A stretch of DNA of 64,000 nt from Treponemataceae bacterium (lineage in GTDB: Bacteria; Spirochaetota; Spirochaetia; Treponematales; Rectinemataceae), in NCBI GenBank assembly GCA_963678065.2, contig CAXXVZ010000002.1, forward strand, positions 448,001 to 512,000, in the 5' to 3' direction. The translations under genes and the position numbers were made by a program. Of this stretch, positions 36,904 to 47,013 are shown one piece after another. The notes beneath the pieces are model-generated. The model saw only the letters and a program-made list of their open reading frames with translations, searched no databases and was not told where the DNA came from. Each line of letters begins with the position of its first letter. The stretch's first letter is position 1.

Positions 36904-38025
36904 ATGGATAGGCGTCCTTTTGTGGGTGAACGGCTTCTCGTGGCGGCGTTGATGGTTACGGCTTTTCCCGCGTTGGTTCAAGATGCGACCGCTTCACCGG
37001 AGGCCTCCTCGTCGTGGATGGCTTCTGACAAAGCAACGTACAGCCTCGTCTTCGATCCACAACCCTATACAGTCAAGACTACGACGGTGGACGATCAGAC
37101 GATCAGATACCGTGCTTTCAAAGGAATCGTTTACGTGTCCGATCCTGTCGACTCCGGGGACGAAAGCATGGATCTTTTCGTACCTGAGGACTACTACGAA
37201 GGAAAGGTGATCGGAGGCTATTCGGTCGACAGTGCACCGATCTTCTTCACCAACGCCGTGGGGGGTTACATGCCCACCGAACCTAGCGAAAGCGACATCG
37301 AGAGCAACCCGTCATCTGGTATGTCCGTTGGCCTCATTGCCGGCGCTTTTGCGAACACGACGATTTCGCCGGTAGATGTTGTGTCGGGGGCGTCGCCCGC
37401 AGTTCCCGGTGGTTTCTGCGGTCTCGGTCCTGGCCCTAACGTCATTTCCGTCGCCCTGGCCAAGGGTTACGTCGTCGCCTCGCCTGGTTGTAGGGGGATC
37501 ATCCAAAACGACGTCCTCTGCATGGATGACGCTTTAGCCTGTATCGTCGATCTCAAGGCCGCCGTTCGCTACTTGCGCTACAACGACGCTGTCATGCCGG
37601 GCGACGCCGAGAAGATCATATCCAACGGTACGAGTATCGGCGGCGCCATCTCAGCTATCCTCGGAGTCACGGGTAACAGCAAGGACTATGAGCCCTACCT
37701 GAAGGCCCTCGGGGCGGCAGATGCGCGGGACAACGTCTTTGCCGCCTCCTGCCATTGCCCGACCAGCGGCCTCGACGATGTCGATATGGCCTATGGATGG
37801 CAGCTGAACGGGATTGACGACTACTGCTCCATGGTGGACGTAGACGCGACGTCAACTGGGCAGATCGCTGCCCTGGCTTTGCTGAAGACTCTGTTCCCAG
37901 CCAGCTCGAGTGATCCTGATTTGCAGGCCGTGTGCACAACGATCGCTCGATACTGGCACATCCGCCGCAGTGGCGACTATGACAAAGAAGAACTCTTCGC
38001 GTGGATAGCCCAGATCTGCAGCTGA
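36904..38025 (+). CDS. Subtype B tannase-like alpha/beta hydrolase, shortened and probably non-catalytic
   Basis: Signal peptide; APIFFTNAVGGYMP, GYVVASPG.RG, IVDLKAAVRYLRYN, GTSIGG, SGDYDKEELFAWI. Confidence 0.72.
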   Translation: MDRRPFVGERLLVAALMVTAFPALVQDATASPEASSSWMASDKATYSLVFDPQPYTVKTTTVDDQTIRYRAFKGIVYVSDPVDSGDESMDLFVPEDYYEGKVIGGYSVDSAPIFFTNAVGGYMPTEPSESDIESNPSSGMSVGLIAGAFANTTISPVDVVSGASPAVPGGFCGLGPGPNVISVALAKGYVVASPGCRGIIQNDVLCMDDALACIVDLKAAVRYLRYNDAVMPGDAEKIISNGTSIGGAISAILGVTGNSKDYEPYLKALGAADARDNVFAASCHCPTSGLDDVDMAYGWQLNGIDDYCSMVDVDATSTGQIAALALLKTLFPASSSDPDLQAVCTTIARYWHIRRSGDYDKEELFAWIAQICS

Positions 38026-38138
38026 CGGTTTATCCGCGGCCTATTCCCAGCATTGCTCGCCGATGTCTCTCGCGAGGGCATGCGAAATATGCTTTAATAA
38101 GATAATGCGAAGCGTGCCGACGCTCAGGAAGGTTCTGG

Positions 38139-38825
38139 ATGCGGATACTGCTCGTCGAGGACAACAGGAGGTTCTCTGCTGCACTGGCGGAGTCCCTCCA
38201 GGAGGAAGGCTACGCCGTCGACTCCGCCTACGACGGCCCAGAAGGTGTGGGCATGGGCTCGTCCTCGGCCTACGACCTCGTAGTCCTGGACATCATGCTT
38301 CCGGGAAAGAACGGCTTCGAAGTGTGTCGCGCCCTACGGTCCAGGAAGGTGACGACGCCAATCCTCATGCTCACGGCCCGCCTCGATGTCGAAGACAGGG
38401 TCCGCGGGCTCGATATGGGGGCGGACGATTATCTTCCCAAACCGTTCGAGCTTGCCGAGCTCCTAGCGAGGATCAGGGCCTTGCTCAGGCGTGGGGCGGC
38501 GGGGGCGGCGGGAGAGCTCCGGGTGGCCGACCTCGCACTCGATCCGGCCAGGCACGAGGTGCGCCGGGGAGAAAAGTTTCTCGACCTCACGCCGCGGGAA
38601 TTCGGGCTTCTGGAGTACCTGATGAGGCACATCGGACAGACCGCCACCCGCAAACTCGTCGAGGAGCATCTGTGGAGCCAGGAGGATATCGTCGTCTCGA
38701 ACGTCGTGGACGTCTACATCCGGCGCCTGAGAGCGAAGCTCGACGACGGCTTCGAGGTCAAACTCCTGGAGACCGTGCGGGGAATAGGCTATCGTCTGCG
38801 CGACCCTGCGGGTGACAGACAATGA
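38139..38825 (+). CDS. OmpR-family response regulator
   Basis: ILLVEDN, LDIMLP, GADDYLPKPF, LTPREF, DVYIRRLRAK, TVRGIGY. Confidence 0.95.
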   Translation: MRILLVEDNRRFSAALAESLQEEGYAVDSAYDGPEGVGMGSSSAYDLVVLDIMLPGKNGFEVCRALRSRKVTTPILMLTARLDVEDRVRGLDMGADDYLPKPFELAELLARIRALLRRGAAGAAGELRVADLALDPARHEVRRGEKFLDLTPREFGLLEYLMRHIGQTATRKLVEEHLWSQEDIVVSNVVDVYIRRLRAKLDDGFEVKLLETVRGIGYRLRDPAGDRQ

Positions 38826-40246
38826 GCGAACCAACGGGACGGACAAATTTCCTGAAGAGCAGTCACTTCCGCATAACCCTTTGGTATACAGTGCTGATAG
38901 GCGTCCTCTCGATCGCCTTCGGCGCGTTCATCTATCTCAATCAAGTGCGGGCGATCTACGGCGACAGCCGGTTTCGGGTCTCCAGGGGGATAGGGGATCT
39001 TCTCCATGCCCTGGACCGGGGCCAGGAGGTCTCCCTTCGCTCCGACGAAGCCTTCGCCGTCATTGGGGGCGACGGGAAGGTGCTTCGCGCCGAAGGGATC
39101 GACGAAAAGAAGGCGCTCTCCCTGGCGGCGGCCGCGGAGGGCGCTCCGCCCACAGCCGCGAAGAACAGTGGAGGCCGGCCGCCGAAGGGGACGAATCCTT
39201 CGAGCTACGTCGCGAGCGGCGATCTTCTGTTCGGCTATATATGGCTCGAACGGCCGGAAGGGGTTGCCCCGGGGGGGCATCTTCTCTATGGAGCGCCTCT
39301 CGATCCCTATGGACTTCGACTAAGGCTCTTCGTGAACTTGCTCTTGGCGCTCATCCTCATGCTTGCTTCCGCCCTGTTGAGCGGAGTATGGCTGGCGAAC
39401 AAATCGATGAAACCCGTAGCGCGGATCGCGAGGACGGCGAGGTCGATAGGTGAAGGAGATCTCTCGCGGAGAATACGACTCGGGACCCGCGATGAGCTTG
39501 GGGAGATTTCTTCGGTATTCGACGCGATGCTCGATCGGCTTGAGGCGGCTTTCGCGCGGCAAAAACGCTTCGTCGCCGACGCTGGCCACGAGTTGCGCAC
39601 GCCGCTCTCCATCATCATACTGGAGACGGAACGGTCTCTGGCCTCGGGGCGGTCCGCGGAGGAGTATAGGCGCAGTTTGTCGTCGATCCGGGCCGAAGGC
39701 GTCTTCATGTCGAAGTTGGTCGAGGATCTCCTGACGCTTGCCCGGGCAGACGAAGCGGGACTCAAGGCGTCTTGGGAACCTGTCGACCTCGCCGACGTCG
39801 CCTTGGAGGCGATAGAGCGCTTCGGTCCTCTCGCTTCGGCCAAGGGCGTAAGGCTCATCGTCGGAGAGCTGCCGGAAACCATAGTGCACGGTGATCGGAA
39901 AGCCCTCGTGACGGTACTCGGCAACCTTCTGGACAATGCGATCAAGTATGGCCGAAAGGATGGTGGCCACATCGATCTCCGTCTGGAACCGCGGAAGGCC
40001 GACGCTTGTGTCGTCGTGTCGGACAATGGCCCTGGCATCCCCCCCGACAAAATCGGCAAGATATTCGATCGGTTCTACCGCGTGGACGAGGCGAGGACCG
40101 ATGGCGACGAAGGTCCCGCCGGCAGCGGGCTCGGCTTAGCCATCGCCAAGGCTATCGTCGAGGCGCACGGAGGGCGGATCGACGTGAAAAGCGAACTGGA
40201 GGTGGGGGCGGAGTTCCGTATAATCCTTCCACTAAAACTGGCCTAG
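38822..40246 (+). CDS. Sensor histidine kinase (HAMP-HisKA-HATPase)
   Basis: Two TM segments, DAGHELRTPL, NLLDNAIKY, DNGPGI, FDRFYR, GSGLGLAI. Confidence 0.95.
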   Translation: MSEPTGRTNFLKSSHFRITLWYTVLIGVLSIAFGAFIYLNQVRAIYGDSRFRVSRGIGDLLHALDRGQEVSLRSDEAFAVIGGDGKVLRAEGIDEKKALSLAAAAEGAPPTAAKNSGGRPPKGTNPSSYVASGDLLFGYIWLERPEGVAPGGHLLYGAPLDPYGLRLRLFVNLLLALILMLASALLSGVWLANKSMKPVARIARTARSIGEGDLSRRIRLGTRDELGEISSVFDAMLDRLEAAFARQKRFVADAGHELRTPLSIIILETERSLASGRSAEEYRRSLSSIRAEGVFMSKLVEDLLTLARADEAGLKASWEPVDLADVALEAIERFGPLASAKGVRLIVGELPETIVHGDRKALVTVLGNLLDNAIKYGRKDGGHIDLRLEPRKADACVVVSDNGPGIPPDKIGKIFDRFYRVDEARTDGDEGPAGSGLGLAIAKAIVEAHGGRIDVKSELEVGAEFRIILPLKLA

Positions 40247-40263
40247 ACTAAAAGTAGGCTTTC

Positions 40264-40366
40264 AATACGGCCTGTTCCTGGAGGGCGCAAGAAGAACTCA
40301 CAGGGAAACGTATCGTTTTGGAAAGGGTACGAACTGCATCTGGATGCTACCGATACGGGGATTCCG
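40264..40366 (+). mobile_element. DDE transposase fragment (IS scar)
   Basis: NTACSW / frameshift / KKNSQGNVSFWKGYELHLDATDTGIP resembles the WxGYKLH motif of IS4/IS5-like transposases. Confidence 0.6.
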
Positions 40367-40368
40367 GC

Positions 40369-41766
40369 TCAAAGCAGCTCCGTCGCCAGTTCGGCCAGCG
40401 GTGAGCGCTCGCTCTTCTGGAAGGTCACGTGCCCGAAGAGCTTCTGCCCCTTGAATCTGTCGACGAGGTAGGTCAGCCCGTTGGAGTTCGCGTCGAGGTA
40501 CATGTTGTCGATCTGGTAGGGGTCGCCCGAGAGGACGACCTTGGTGTTCTCGCCCGCCCGCGAGACGATGGTCTTGACCTCGTGCGGGGTGAGGTTCTGG
40601 ATCTCGTCGACGATGATGAACTGGTTGGGCAGAGAGCGGCCCCGGATGTAGCTCAGGGCCTCGATCTCGATGGTTTTGTCCTTGAGGAGCTGGTCCATGG
40701 ACTTGATGCTCGGGGCCTTGTAGCCGCCGAGGATGAACTCGAGGTTGTCGAAGAGCGGCTGCATCCAGTTCGACATCTTGGCCGATTTTTCTCCGGGCAG
40801 GTAGCCGATGTCCTTGCCGACGGGGACCACGGGCCGGGAGACCAGCATCCGCGTATACTTTTTCTCCTCGACGACCTTGCGCAGACCCGCGGTGATCGCG
40901 AGGAGGGTCTTGCCCGTGCCCGCCTTGCCGAGAAGAGTGACGATGGGGACTGAATCGTCGAGAAGGAGGTCGAGCGCTATCCTCTGCCGCGCATTCAGGG
41001 GGACGATGCCGCAGACCCGTTTCGCCTCCCGCCCGATCAGTCTGATCTGGCGGTTCTCGGGGTCCGATCTGCCGATCGCGGTCCTGATTCCGGCCGCATG
41101 GTCGCCCGCCGCGCGCTCGTTCGGGGCACCATCGCTCGCCGCAGGGCCAGCGGCGGGGCCGTGCTGTCTCTCCGTGAGAATGACGTACTCGTTCGGACAG
41201 AGATTTTCCTTCCAGGGCAGAACCCGGTCTGCGATGAAGGTCTCAAAGTTCTCGGCGGATATGTCGACATCCCTGCAGCCGGCGTAGAGAGTGTTGATGT
41301 CGACCTGCTGTTTCTCGTAGTCTACGGCCTTTATGCCGAGGGAGAGAGCCTTTACTCTGGCGTTGATGTCCTTGGACACGAAGAACACCCGCTCCCGGGT
41401 CTTCTGAATGGCGAAGGCAGTCGCTATGATCTTGTTGTCGTTCCGGTCGAGGGGGAATCCGTTGGGGATGTCAGTCGACAGGGAGAGGGCGACGCGCAGG
41501 ATCGAGTCGTTCTCGAGCCTGACGCCGTCGTGGAGGTTGCCGCCCTTCGTCGCCTCGGCGATGAAGCGAATGGCGTCGCGGGCCGCCTTTCCCCTCTGGT
41601 CGTTGTAGCTCTTGAGATTGTCGAGCTCCTCGAGTACCCAGAGGGGGATGACGATCTCGCTCCCTTTGAAGGAAAGAAGGGCTGTCGGGTTGTGGATGAG
41701 GACGTTCGTGTCGATGACGAAGGTCTTGGTCTTCTCGCTCGTCCGCCTGTCGGTGCCGCCATTCAT
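40369..41766 (-). CDS. PIN-domain PhoH-family protein (PhoH2/YlaK-like)
   Basis: VIDTNVLIH, LEELD, ND..I; GKAGTGKT, DIGYLPG, YIRGRSL, DEIQNLT, GDPYQID. Confidence 0.92.
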   Translation of the reverse strand: MNGGTDRRTSEKTKTFVIDTNVLIHNPTALLSFKGSEIVIPLWVLEELDNLKSYNDQRGKAARDAIRFIAEATKGGNLHDGVRLENDSILRVALSLSTDIPNGFPLDRNDNKIIATAFAIQKTRERVFFVSKDINARVKALSLGIKAVDYEKQQVDINTLYAGCRDVDISAENFETFIADRVLPWKENLCPNEYVILTERQHGPAAGPAASDGAPNERAAGDHAAGIRTAIGRSDPENRQIRLIGREAKRVCGIVPLNARQRIALDLLLDDSVPIVTLLGKAGTGKTLLAITAGLRKVVEEKKYTRMLVSRPVVPVGKDIGYLPGEKSAKMSNWMQPLFDNLEFILGGYKAPSIKSMDQLLKDKTIEIEALSYIRGRSLPNQFIIVDEIQNLTPHEVKTIVSRAGENTKVVLSGDPYQIDNMYLDANSNGLTYLVDRFKGQKLFGHVTFQKSERSPLAELATELL

Positions 41767-41849
41767 ATCTTCAATAGTAGGTCATGAATCCCGGCAGTGG
41801 AATGATTTTCCTGTCAAAATATGATAAAAACCATGGAGTGAGGGGAAAC

Positions 41850-42074
41850 ATGGACGAACCGGTTTTCGACAACGACGTTCTCATGAAAATCGCGAATACG
41901 GTCATGCCCTTCGGGAAATACTCGGGCACGCGCCTCGTCGACCTGCCGGAGGCCTATGTCCTGTGGTTCAAGGCAAAGGGCTTCCCTCCGGGCGAACTCG
42001 GCATGCTCCTCGCCTCGGTCTGCGAGATCAAGGTGAATGGGCTCGAATACCTCTTCAGGCCGCTCAAGCGGTAA
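41850..42074 (+). CDS. DUF3820-family small protein
   Basis: MPFGKYSGTRLVDLPEAYVLWF..KGFP.GELG...EIKVNGL. Confidence 0.82.
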   Translation: MDEPVFDNDVLMKIANTVMPFGKYSGTRLVDLPEAYVLWFKAKGFPPGELGMLLASVCEIKVNGLEYLFRPLKR

Positions 42075-42130
42075 GGACGCATTTCACCGAAACCGCTATA
42101 TTGGGTGAAGGAACCGGGAGGACGCACAGC

Positions 42131-43216
42131 ATGAAATTCGGAATCCTGACGAGCGGGGGGGACTGCCCCGGACTCAACGCGGCGATACGCGGCGTGGCCA
42201 AATCGGCCTTCAACAAAGGGGACGCCGTGGCGGTCGGCATTTCGGACGGCTACCGCGGCCTCATCGACAACCGTACCCGCATCCTCAAACCCGAGGATGT
42301 GACGGACATTCTCACCCGCGGGGGCACCATACTCGGTTCCTCGCGCGAAAAGCCCTTCGCGGGGCGCGACGACGCGGCAGTGACGGATGCCGAAGAGGGC
42401 ATGGACAAGCCCGAGCTCATCGTCGAAACCTACCGGAAACTGGAACTCGACTGCCTCGTCGTCCTCGGCGGAAACGGCACGCAGACCACGGCGCACCGTC
42501 TCAAAGAGGAGGGCCTCAAGGTGATAGGCCTTCCCAAGACCATAGACAACGATCTCTACGGCACGGAGGTTTCCTTCGGCTTCCACTCCGCCCTCACGGT
42601 GGCCACCGACGCGGTGGATCGTCTCCACTCGACGGCGAGCTCACACAATCGCGTCATGGTCGTCGAACTCATGGGGCACAAGGCCGGCTGGCTCGCCCTG
42701 AACGCGGGGCTCGCGGGAGGCGGCGACGTCATCCTGATTCCGGAGATACCCTACGACGCCGACTCGGTCGCAAAGCACATCCTGGCCAGGGCCAAATCCG
42801 GCCGCGCCTTCTCCATCGTCGCCGTCGCCGAGGGCGCGCTCTCCGCGGAGGAGGCGGCCCTGGACAAGAAAGAGCGGCGCAAGTTCCGCGCCGCCCAGCC
42901 CTGGCCCTCCATCGGCTACCGCGTGGCTGCGGAAATAGCGCAGCGCACGGATATGGAAACCAGGGTGACCGTCCTCGGCTACCTCCAGCGCGGCGGAATA
43001 CCCTCGGCCTACGACAGGGTGCTCGCGACCTGCTTCGGAGCGGCGGCGGCCGAACTCATGTTCGCGGGGAAATTCGGCCGCATGGTCTGCATGAAAAACG
43101 GCAGCGTCGACTCGATTCCCCTCGCCGACGTCGCCGGCAAGACGCGGAAGGTCCCGATCGACCACGAACTCGTCATGACGGCGCGCAGCGTGGGAACCTG
43201 CTTCGGCGCGAAGTGA
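42131..43216 (+). CDS. pfkA: 6-phosphofructokinase (group III-like, probably ATP-dependent)
   Basis: TSGGDCPGLN, GGTILGSSR, GGNGT, PKTIDND, ELMGH, GYLQRGG. Confidence 0.92.
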   Translation: MKFGILTSGGDCPGLNAAIRGVAKSAFNKGDAVAVGISDGYRGLIDNRTRILKPEDVTDILTRGGTILGSSREKPFAGRDDAAVTDAEEGMDKPELIVETYRKLELDCLVVLGGNGTQTTAHRLKEEGLKVIGLPKTIDNDLYGTEVSFGFHSALTVATDAVDRLHSTASSHNRVMVVELMGHKAGWLALNAGLAGGGDVILIPEIPYDADSVAKHILARAKSGRAFSIVAVAEGALSAEEAALDKKERRKFRAAQPWPSIGYRVAAEIAQRTDMETRVTVLGYLQRGGIPSAYDRVLATCFGAAAAELMFAGKFGRMVCMKNGSVDSIPLADVAGKTRKVPIDHELVMTARSVGTCFGAK

Positions 43217-43274
43217 GTGCGACGGCGTGACATTCGATGGGGCGCGACATGTCGGAATCGGCTTTCCCGTGCGC

Positions 43275-45389
43275 TCAAAGCGACCGTCTGACGGGTAGTT
43301 CCGCGGGAGGAGCCTCCGCGAGATCCCACAGGGATTTCACTTCCTGATACAGAAATTCCTGCGCGCAGAATTCCTTCGTGCCATCCACAGCTTCGACCGG
43401 AGTCCAGGCCCCGTCGCTTCCGAGACGGTATGCCTGGCGGGAATCTCTGAAATAGGCTTCGAGGGATGCGATTATCCGTCCGCGCATGCCCTCGTCGAGG
43501 ACGGGGAACATCAGCTCTACCCGCCTTTCCAGATTTCGCGGCATCCAGTCCGCGCTGGAAAGGTAAAGTTCTTCTGCCCCTCCGTTCTGGAACCGGATGA
43601 CCCTCGCATGCTCGAGATACCTTCCCACCACGCTGACGACGGAAATGTTTTCGGATTGTCCCGCGACGCCGGGGACAAGCGCGCAGATGCCCCGGACATT
43701 CAGCAGTATCCGGACCCCGGCCCTGTTCGCGGCATACAGCGCGTCGATTATCTGTACATCGACGAGAGAATTCATCTTTGCCATTATCATCCCGGGCATT
43801 TCCGGCGAGGATCGCGAGGCTTCGCGCCCGATGAGGGAGAGCAATCTCTGCTTGAGATCGAAGGGGGCGGCCGAGAGGTGCTGCAGTCTCTGGATGCTCG
43901 AGTAACCGGTAATCGCGTTGAACAATATCGAGGCTTCCGCACAGAGCTCTTCCCGTGCGGTGAACATCGAAATGTCCGCATAAAGCCTCGCGGTTTTGTC
44001 GTTGTAGTTTCCTGTCGAGAGATGCAGATAGCGGCGGATGCCCCCATCCCCTTCCTTGCGCACGATGAGGATGGCCTTGGCGTGCACTTTCAGGCGGGCG
44101 ATTCCGTACACGACGATCGCGCCGGCTTCCTCCAGACTGGCTGCCCGCGATATGTTGTGTTTTTCGTCGAACCGCGCCTTCAGTTCGACGACGACAGTCA
44201 CCTGTTTGCGGTTCCGCGCGGCACGGATCAATGCCCTGATGAACGGTGAATCGCCCGAGGTTCTGTACAGCGTCATCTTTATCGCCAGGACCCCGGGATC
44301 CTCCGCCGCCGCCTCGATGAATCTGACCACCGGATCGAAGGATTCGTAGGGCACCATGAGCATCCGGTCCTTCTGTCTGATGTCGTCCCAGATGGAGCCG
44401 GTCAGGCTGCTGTCGTAAAGGTTCAGAGGCGGCCAGGGAATATCGCGAAGTTCACTCGCTCCCTGCATGAGGCCTTCCCGGCTCGCAAGGTCGTAGAATC
44501 CGCGCAGGTCGATCGGCCCGGAGAACCTGTAGACATCCGCGGGCTCAAGGCAGAATCCGGCCCTCAGTCCATCGATCAAGCTTTCGGAATTTCCGCTCAC
44601 GCTCAGACATACCGGCCAGGAATTCTGCCGCTCCGCCAGCACTTCTTCCATGGCCGCAAGAAAATCGTCGTCCCGATCCTCGTCCACCGGCAGGTCGGCA
44701 TCCCTCGTGACTTTGAACACGATGCGGTCTACGACTGTGTACCCGGGAAACAGCGTGTGTCCGTACCACATGACAATGTCTTCGAGAAGGGCATAGCGGA
44801 CGGTCCCCGTGTTTCCGTCTTCCGGAAGCCGGACAAAGCGGTCGAGGGTTGCGGGTATCTGTACGATCGCCAGGTGAGGGCCATCATCCCGGTCCCGGAG
44901 GTCGAAAGCGGCGTGGATGTGCAGGTTGCCGGCGGAAGGCATTCCGCCTTCCCCGACTGACAGCGGCGTGAGAAGCGGAAAAACGGATTCCGCGAAAAAC
45001 CATTCCAGCCGCGAGACTTCCTCGTCTGTCCATTCTCCGGGGGAAACGAAGGCCAGGCCTTTCTCGCCCAGCTCGGGGAGGATTTCGCGCATGAGGATGC
45101 GGTATTGCAGCGCGACGATGGATGCACCCCTGCGGGAAACCGCCGCGAGCAGTTCCCCGGGACTCATTCCGGATTCGTCCGGAAAAGTATAACCGGCCCG
45201 GATCGACGACTTGATGCGGGCGACCCTGACCATGAAAAACTCGTCGAAATTGGACGAGACGATCGAGAGGAATTTTAGCCTCTCAAGGAGGGGAGTCGAC
45301 GCGCGCGCGGCCTGATCGAGGACCCTGGCGTTGAATTCCATCCAGGAGAGTTCCCGGTTGAAGTACCGCCTGTCCTTCATGGCTTTCAT
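43275..45389 (-). CDS. ppk1: Polyphosphate kinase 1
   Basis: FNRELSW..FN.RVL, LERLKFL.I.SSNFDEFFMVRVA, ELKARFDE, KVHAK, HLSTGNYN, SSADWMPRNL. Confidence 0.95.
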   Translation of the reverse strand: MKAMKDRRYFNRELSWMEFNARVLDQAARASTPLLERLKFLSIVSSNFDEFFMVRVARIKSSIRAGYTFPDESGMSPGELLAAVSRRGASIVALQYRILMREILPELGEKGLAFVSPGEWTDEEVSRLEWFFAESVFPLLTPLSVGEGGMPSAGNLHIHAAFDLRDRDDGPHLAIVQIPATLDRFVRLPEDGNTGTVRYALLEDIVMWYGHTLFPGYTVVDRIVFKVTRDADLPVDEDRDDDFLAAMEEVLAERQNSWPVCLSVSGNSESLIDGLRAGFCLEPADVYRFSGPIDLRGFYDLASREGLMQGASELRDIPWPPLNLYDSSLTGSIWDDIRQKDRMLMVPYESFDPVVRFIEAAAEDPGVLAIKMTLYRTSGDSPFIRALIRAARNRKQVTVVVELKARFDEKHNISRAASLEEAGAIVVYGIARLKVHAKAILIVRKEGDGGIRRYLHLSTGNYNDKTARLYADISMFTAREELCAEASILFNAITGYSSIQRLQHLSAAPFDLKQRLLSLIGREASRSSPEMPGMIMAKMNSLVDVQIIDALYAANRAGVRILLNVRGICALVPGVAGQSENISVVSVVGRYLEHARVIRFQNGGAEELYLSSADWMPRNLERRVELMFPVLDEGMRGRIIASLEAYFRDSRQAYRLGSDGAWTPVEAVDGTKEFCAQEFLYQEVKSLWDLAEAPPAELPVRRSL

Positions 45390-45399
45390 GGTTTTCTCC

Positions 45400-46959
45400 T
45401 CATTCGAGGACCGGCTCCAGTCCGTAGACATCGAAAAACATTTCTCCTTTTTCCTTCAGGGACAATCTTTCCAGCGTCAGATCCGATTCTCCGCCGGTGT
45501 CGATGATGAACCTGTCTTCCGACTTCCGGAAAACCGGCTTGCCCGTCCTGCCTTTGTGGCCCCGGTCAAGGGCGTCGGCCACACGGAGTATGGCAGCCAG
45601 TTTAGAGACCCGAATCCTGTCTTCGCGGGCGAGGGCGATGAAATTGAGATGGCTGGGCGCAGGAGGCTGTCTCCGGTGGTAGCGGACAATGTTCGCGACA
45701 ATTCCGAGGTCATGGGCGTTCAGTCCGAATATTTCGGAGTTGCTTATGATGTACTCACCATGTTTGTGGTGGCCCGAGGCACGGACAAAGGCGCCGATAT
45801 CGTGAAGGAGCGAGGCGGTCTCGAGGAGGATTCTGTCACGTCCGGTCAGACCGTATTCGCCGGACAGCGAGTCGAACACGCCCAGGGCGAGCCTCACGAC
45901 CGCGCGCGCGTGGTCTTCTCCAAACCGGTATTTCCGCCCCAGGGCCATGGCGCTCGCGGCGATCTGCCTGTGGATCTCGGTTCCGATGCCGCTTCCGGAG
46001 CCGTTTGCCGCGGACAGGAGAAGGCCTTCGCGGATCGAGACTTCAGGTATGACGACAGTGTCTGCCTGCGTACGCGCGAGAAAAAGTCCCGCCATGACGA
46101 GACCCATCACGAATCCCTCCGCCTCGGACCAGGGAATATTGTATGCGGTGACACACTCTGCGGGGGTCAACCCATCGAGATCCCGGACGAAAGCGAGAAA
46201 TTTCTGGCTCGGAAGTTCGGAATAATGACCGGAATCCGCGCCGCCGATCCGGCCCGCCGCGAATCGCGCATCAGATCCGATGAGGATGAAGGTTTTGACC
46301 GAACCGAGGGAGAGTTCTCCGTCTATGCGGTCGCAGGAATTCCTGACGCGCTCTTCGAGAATGGAGCGCATGCTCTCCCGCGATGTTCCCGCACTGCGGA
46401 CATTTTCGCCGACCCTCACCGTACCGAAGCGGAGGGAGTGAGAAAAGGCCATGCGCCCACGCCTCAGGATCATCACCTCGGTCGTACCGCCGCCGACCTC
46501 GAGAATCAGGGAATTTGATCCCGTGAGCACCTTCGGTCGATCCTTCAGCGCATACCGGACGGCGAGATACATGAGGTGGCTCTCTTCGATATCTTCGATG
46601 AGGACTATCCGGAATCCGGTCTGGAGGAATACCCTGTCCTGAAAGGTATCCCGGTTGCTCGCTTCCCTGAGCGCGCTCGTGGCGAAAACCCTGACATCCG
46701 CGGCTTCGATGCCGTACCCTCCGAGAAATTCACGGAAGGAAACAAGCACAGCCAGGCTTTCTCTCATCGCTTCACGGGAAATATGGCCGAGGGCGAAGGA
46801 ATCCCGGCCGAGCCTGCTGGGTCTGGAAATGCGTTCGAGAATGTGAATGTCCTTCCCGTCTCCGATCTGGGCAATCGCGAGCCTGAGACCCGTCGAACCG
46901 ATTTCGATGACCGATAGCAGCCGCCTGTTTTCCGCGTTCCGGTCCGGGCTTTCCGACAT
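45400..46959 (-). CDS. ppx: Exopolyphosphatase Ppx/GppA with HD domain
   Basis: IEIGS, ATSALREA.N, EVGGGTTE, IREG, LLHDIG...HHKH, LRVADALD. Confidence 0.9.
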   Translation of the reverse strand: MSESPDRNAENRRLLSVIEIGSTGLRLAIAQIGDGKDIHILERISRPSRLGRDSFALGHISREAMRESLAVLVSFREFLGGYGIEAADVRVFATSALREASNRDTFQDRVFLQTGFRIVLIEDIEESHLMYLAVRYALKDRPKVLTGSNSLILEVGGGTTEVMILRRGRMAFSHSLRFGTVRVGENVRSAGTSRESMRSILEERVRNSCDRIDGELSLGSVKTFILIGSDARFAAGRIGGADSGHYSELPSQKFLAFVRDLDGLTPAECVTAYNIPWSEAEGFVMGLVMAGLFLARTQADTVVIPEVSIREGLLLSAANGSGSGIGTEIHRQIAASAMALGRKYRFGEDHARAVVRLALGVFDSLSGEYGLTGRDRILLETASLLHDIGAFVRASGHHKHGEYIISNSEIFGLNAHDLGIVANIVRYHRRQPPAPSHLNFIALAREDRIRVSKLAAILRVADALDRGHKGRTGKPVFRKSEDRFIIDTGGESDLTLERLSLKEKGEMFFDVYGLEPVLE

Positions 46960-47013
46960 CTTTATCTCAAAGCCTGCGGACGAAGGTGCCCCGGAGAATG
47001 GCTCCGGCCATGC

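Noticed and set aside
42131..43216. PPi- or polyP-dependent Pfk suggested by proximity to ppk1
   Set aside because: The GGNGT motif has Gly at the position where PPi-dependent enzymes have Asp, which favours ATP.
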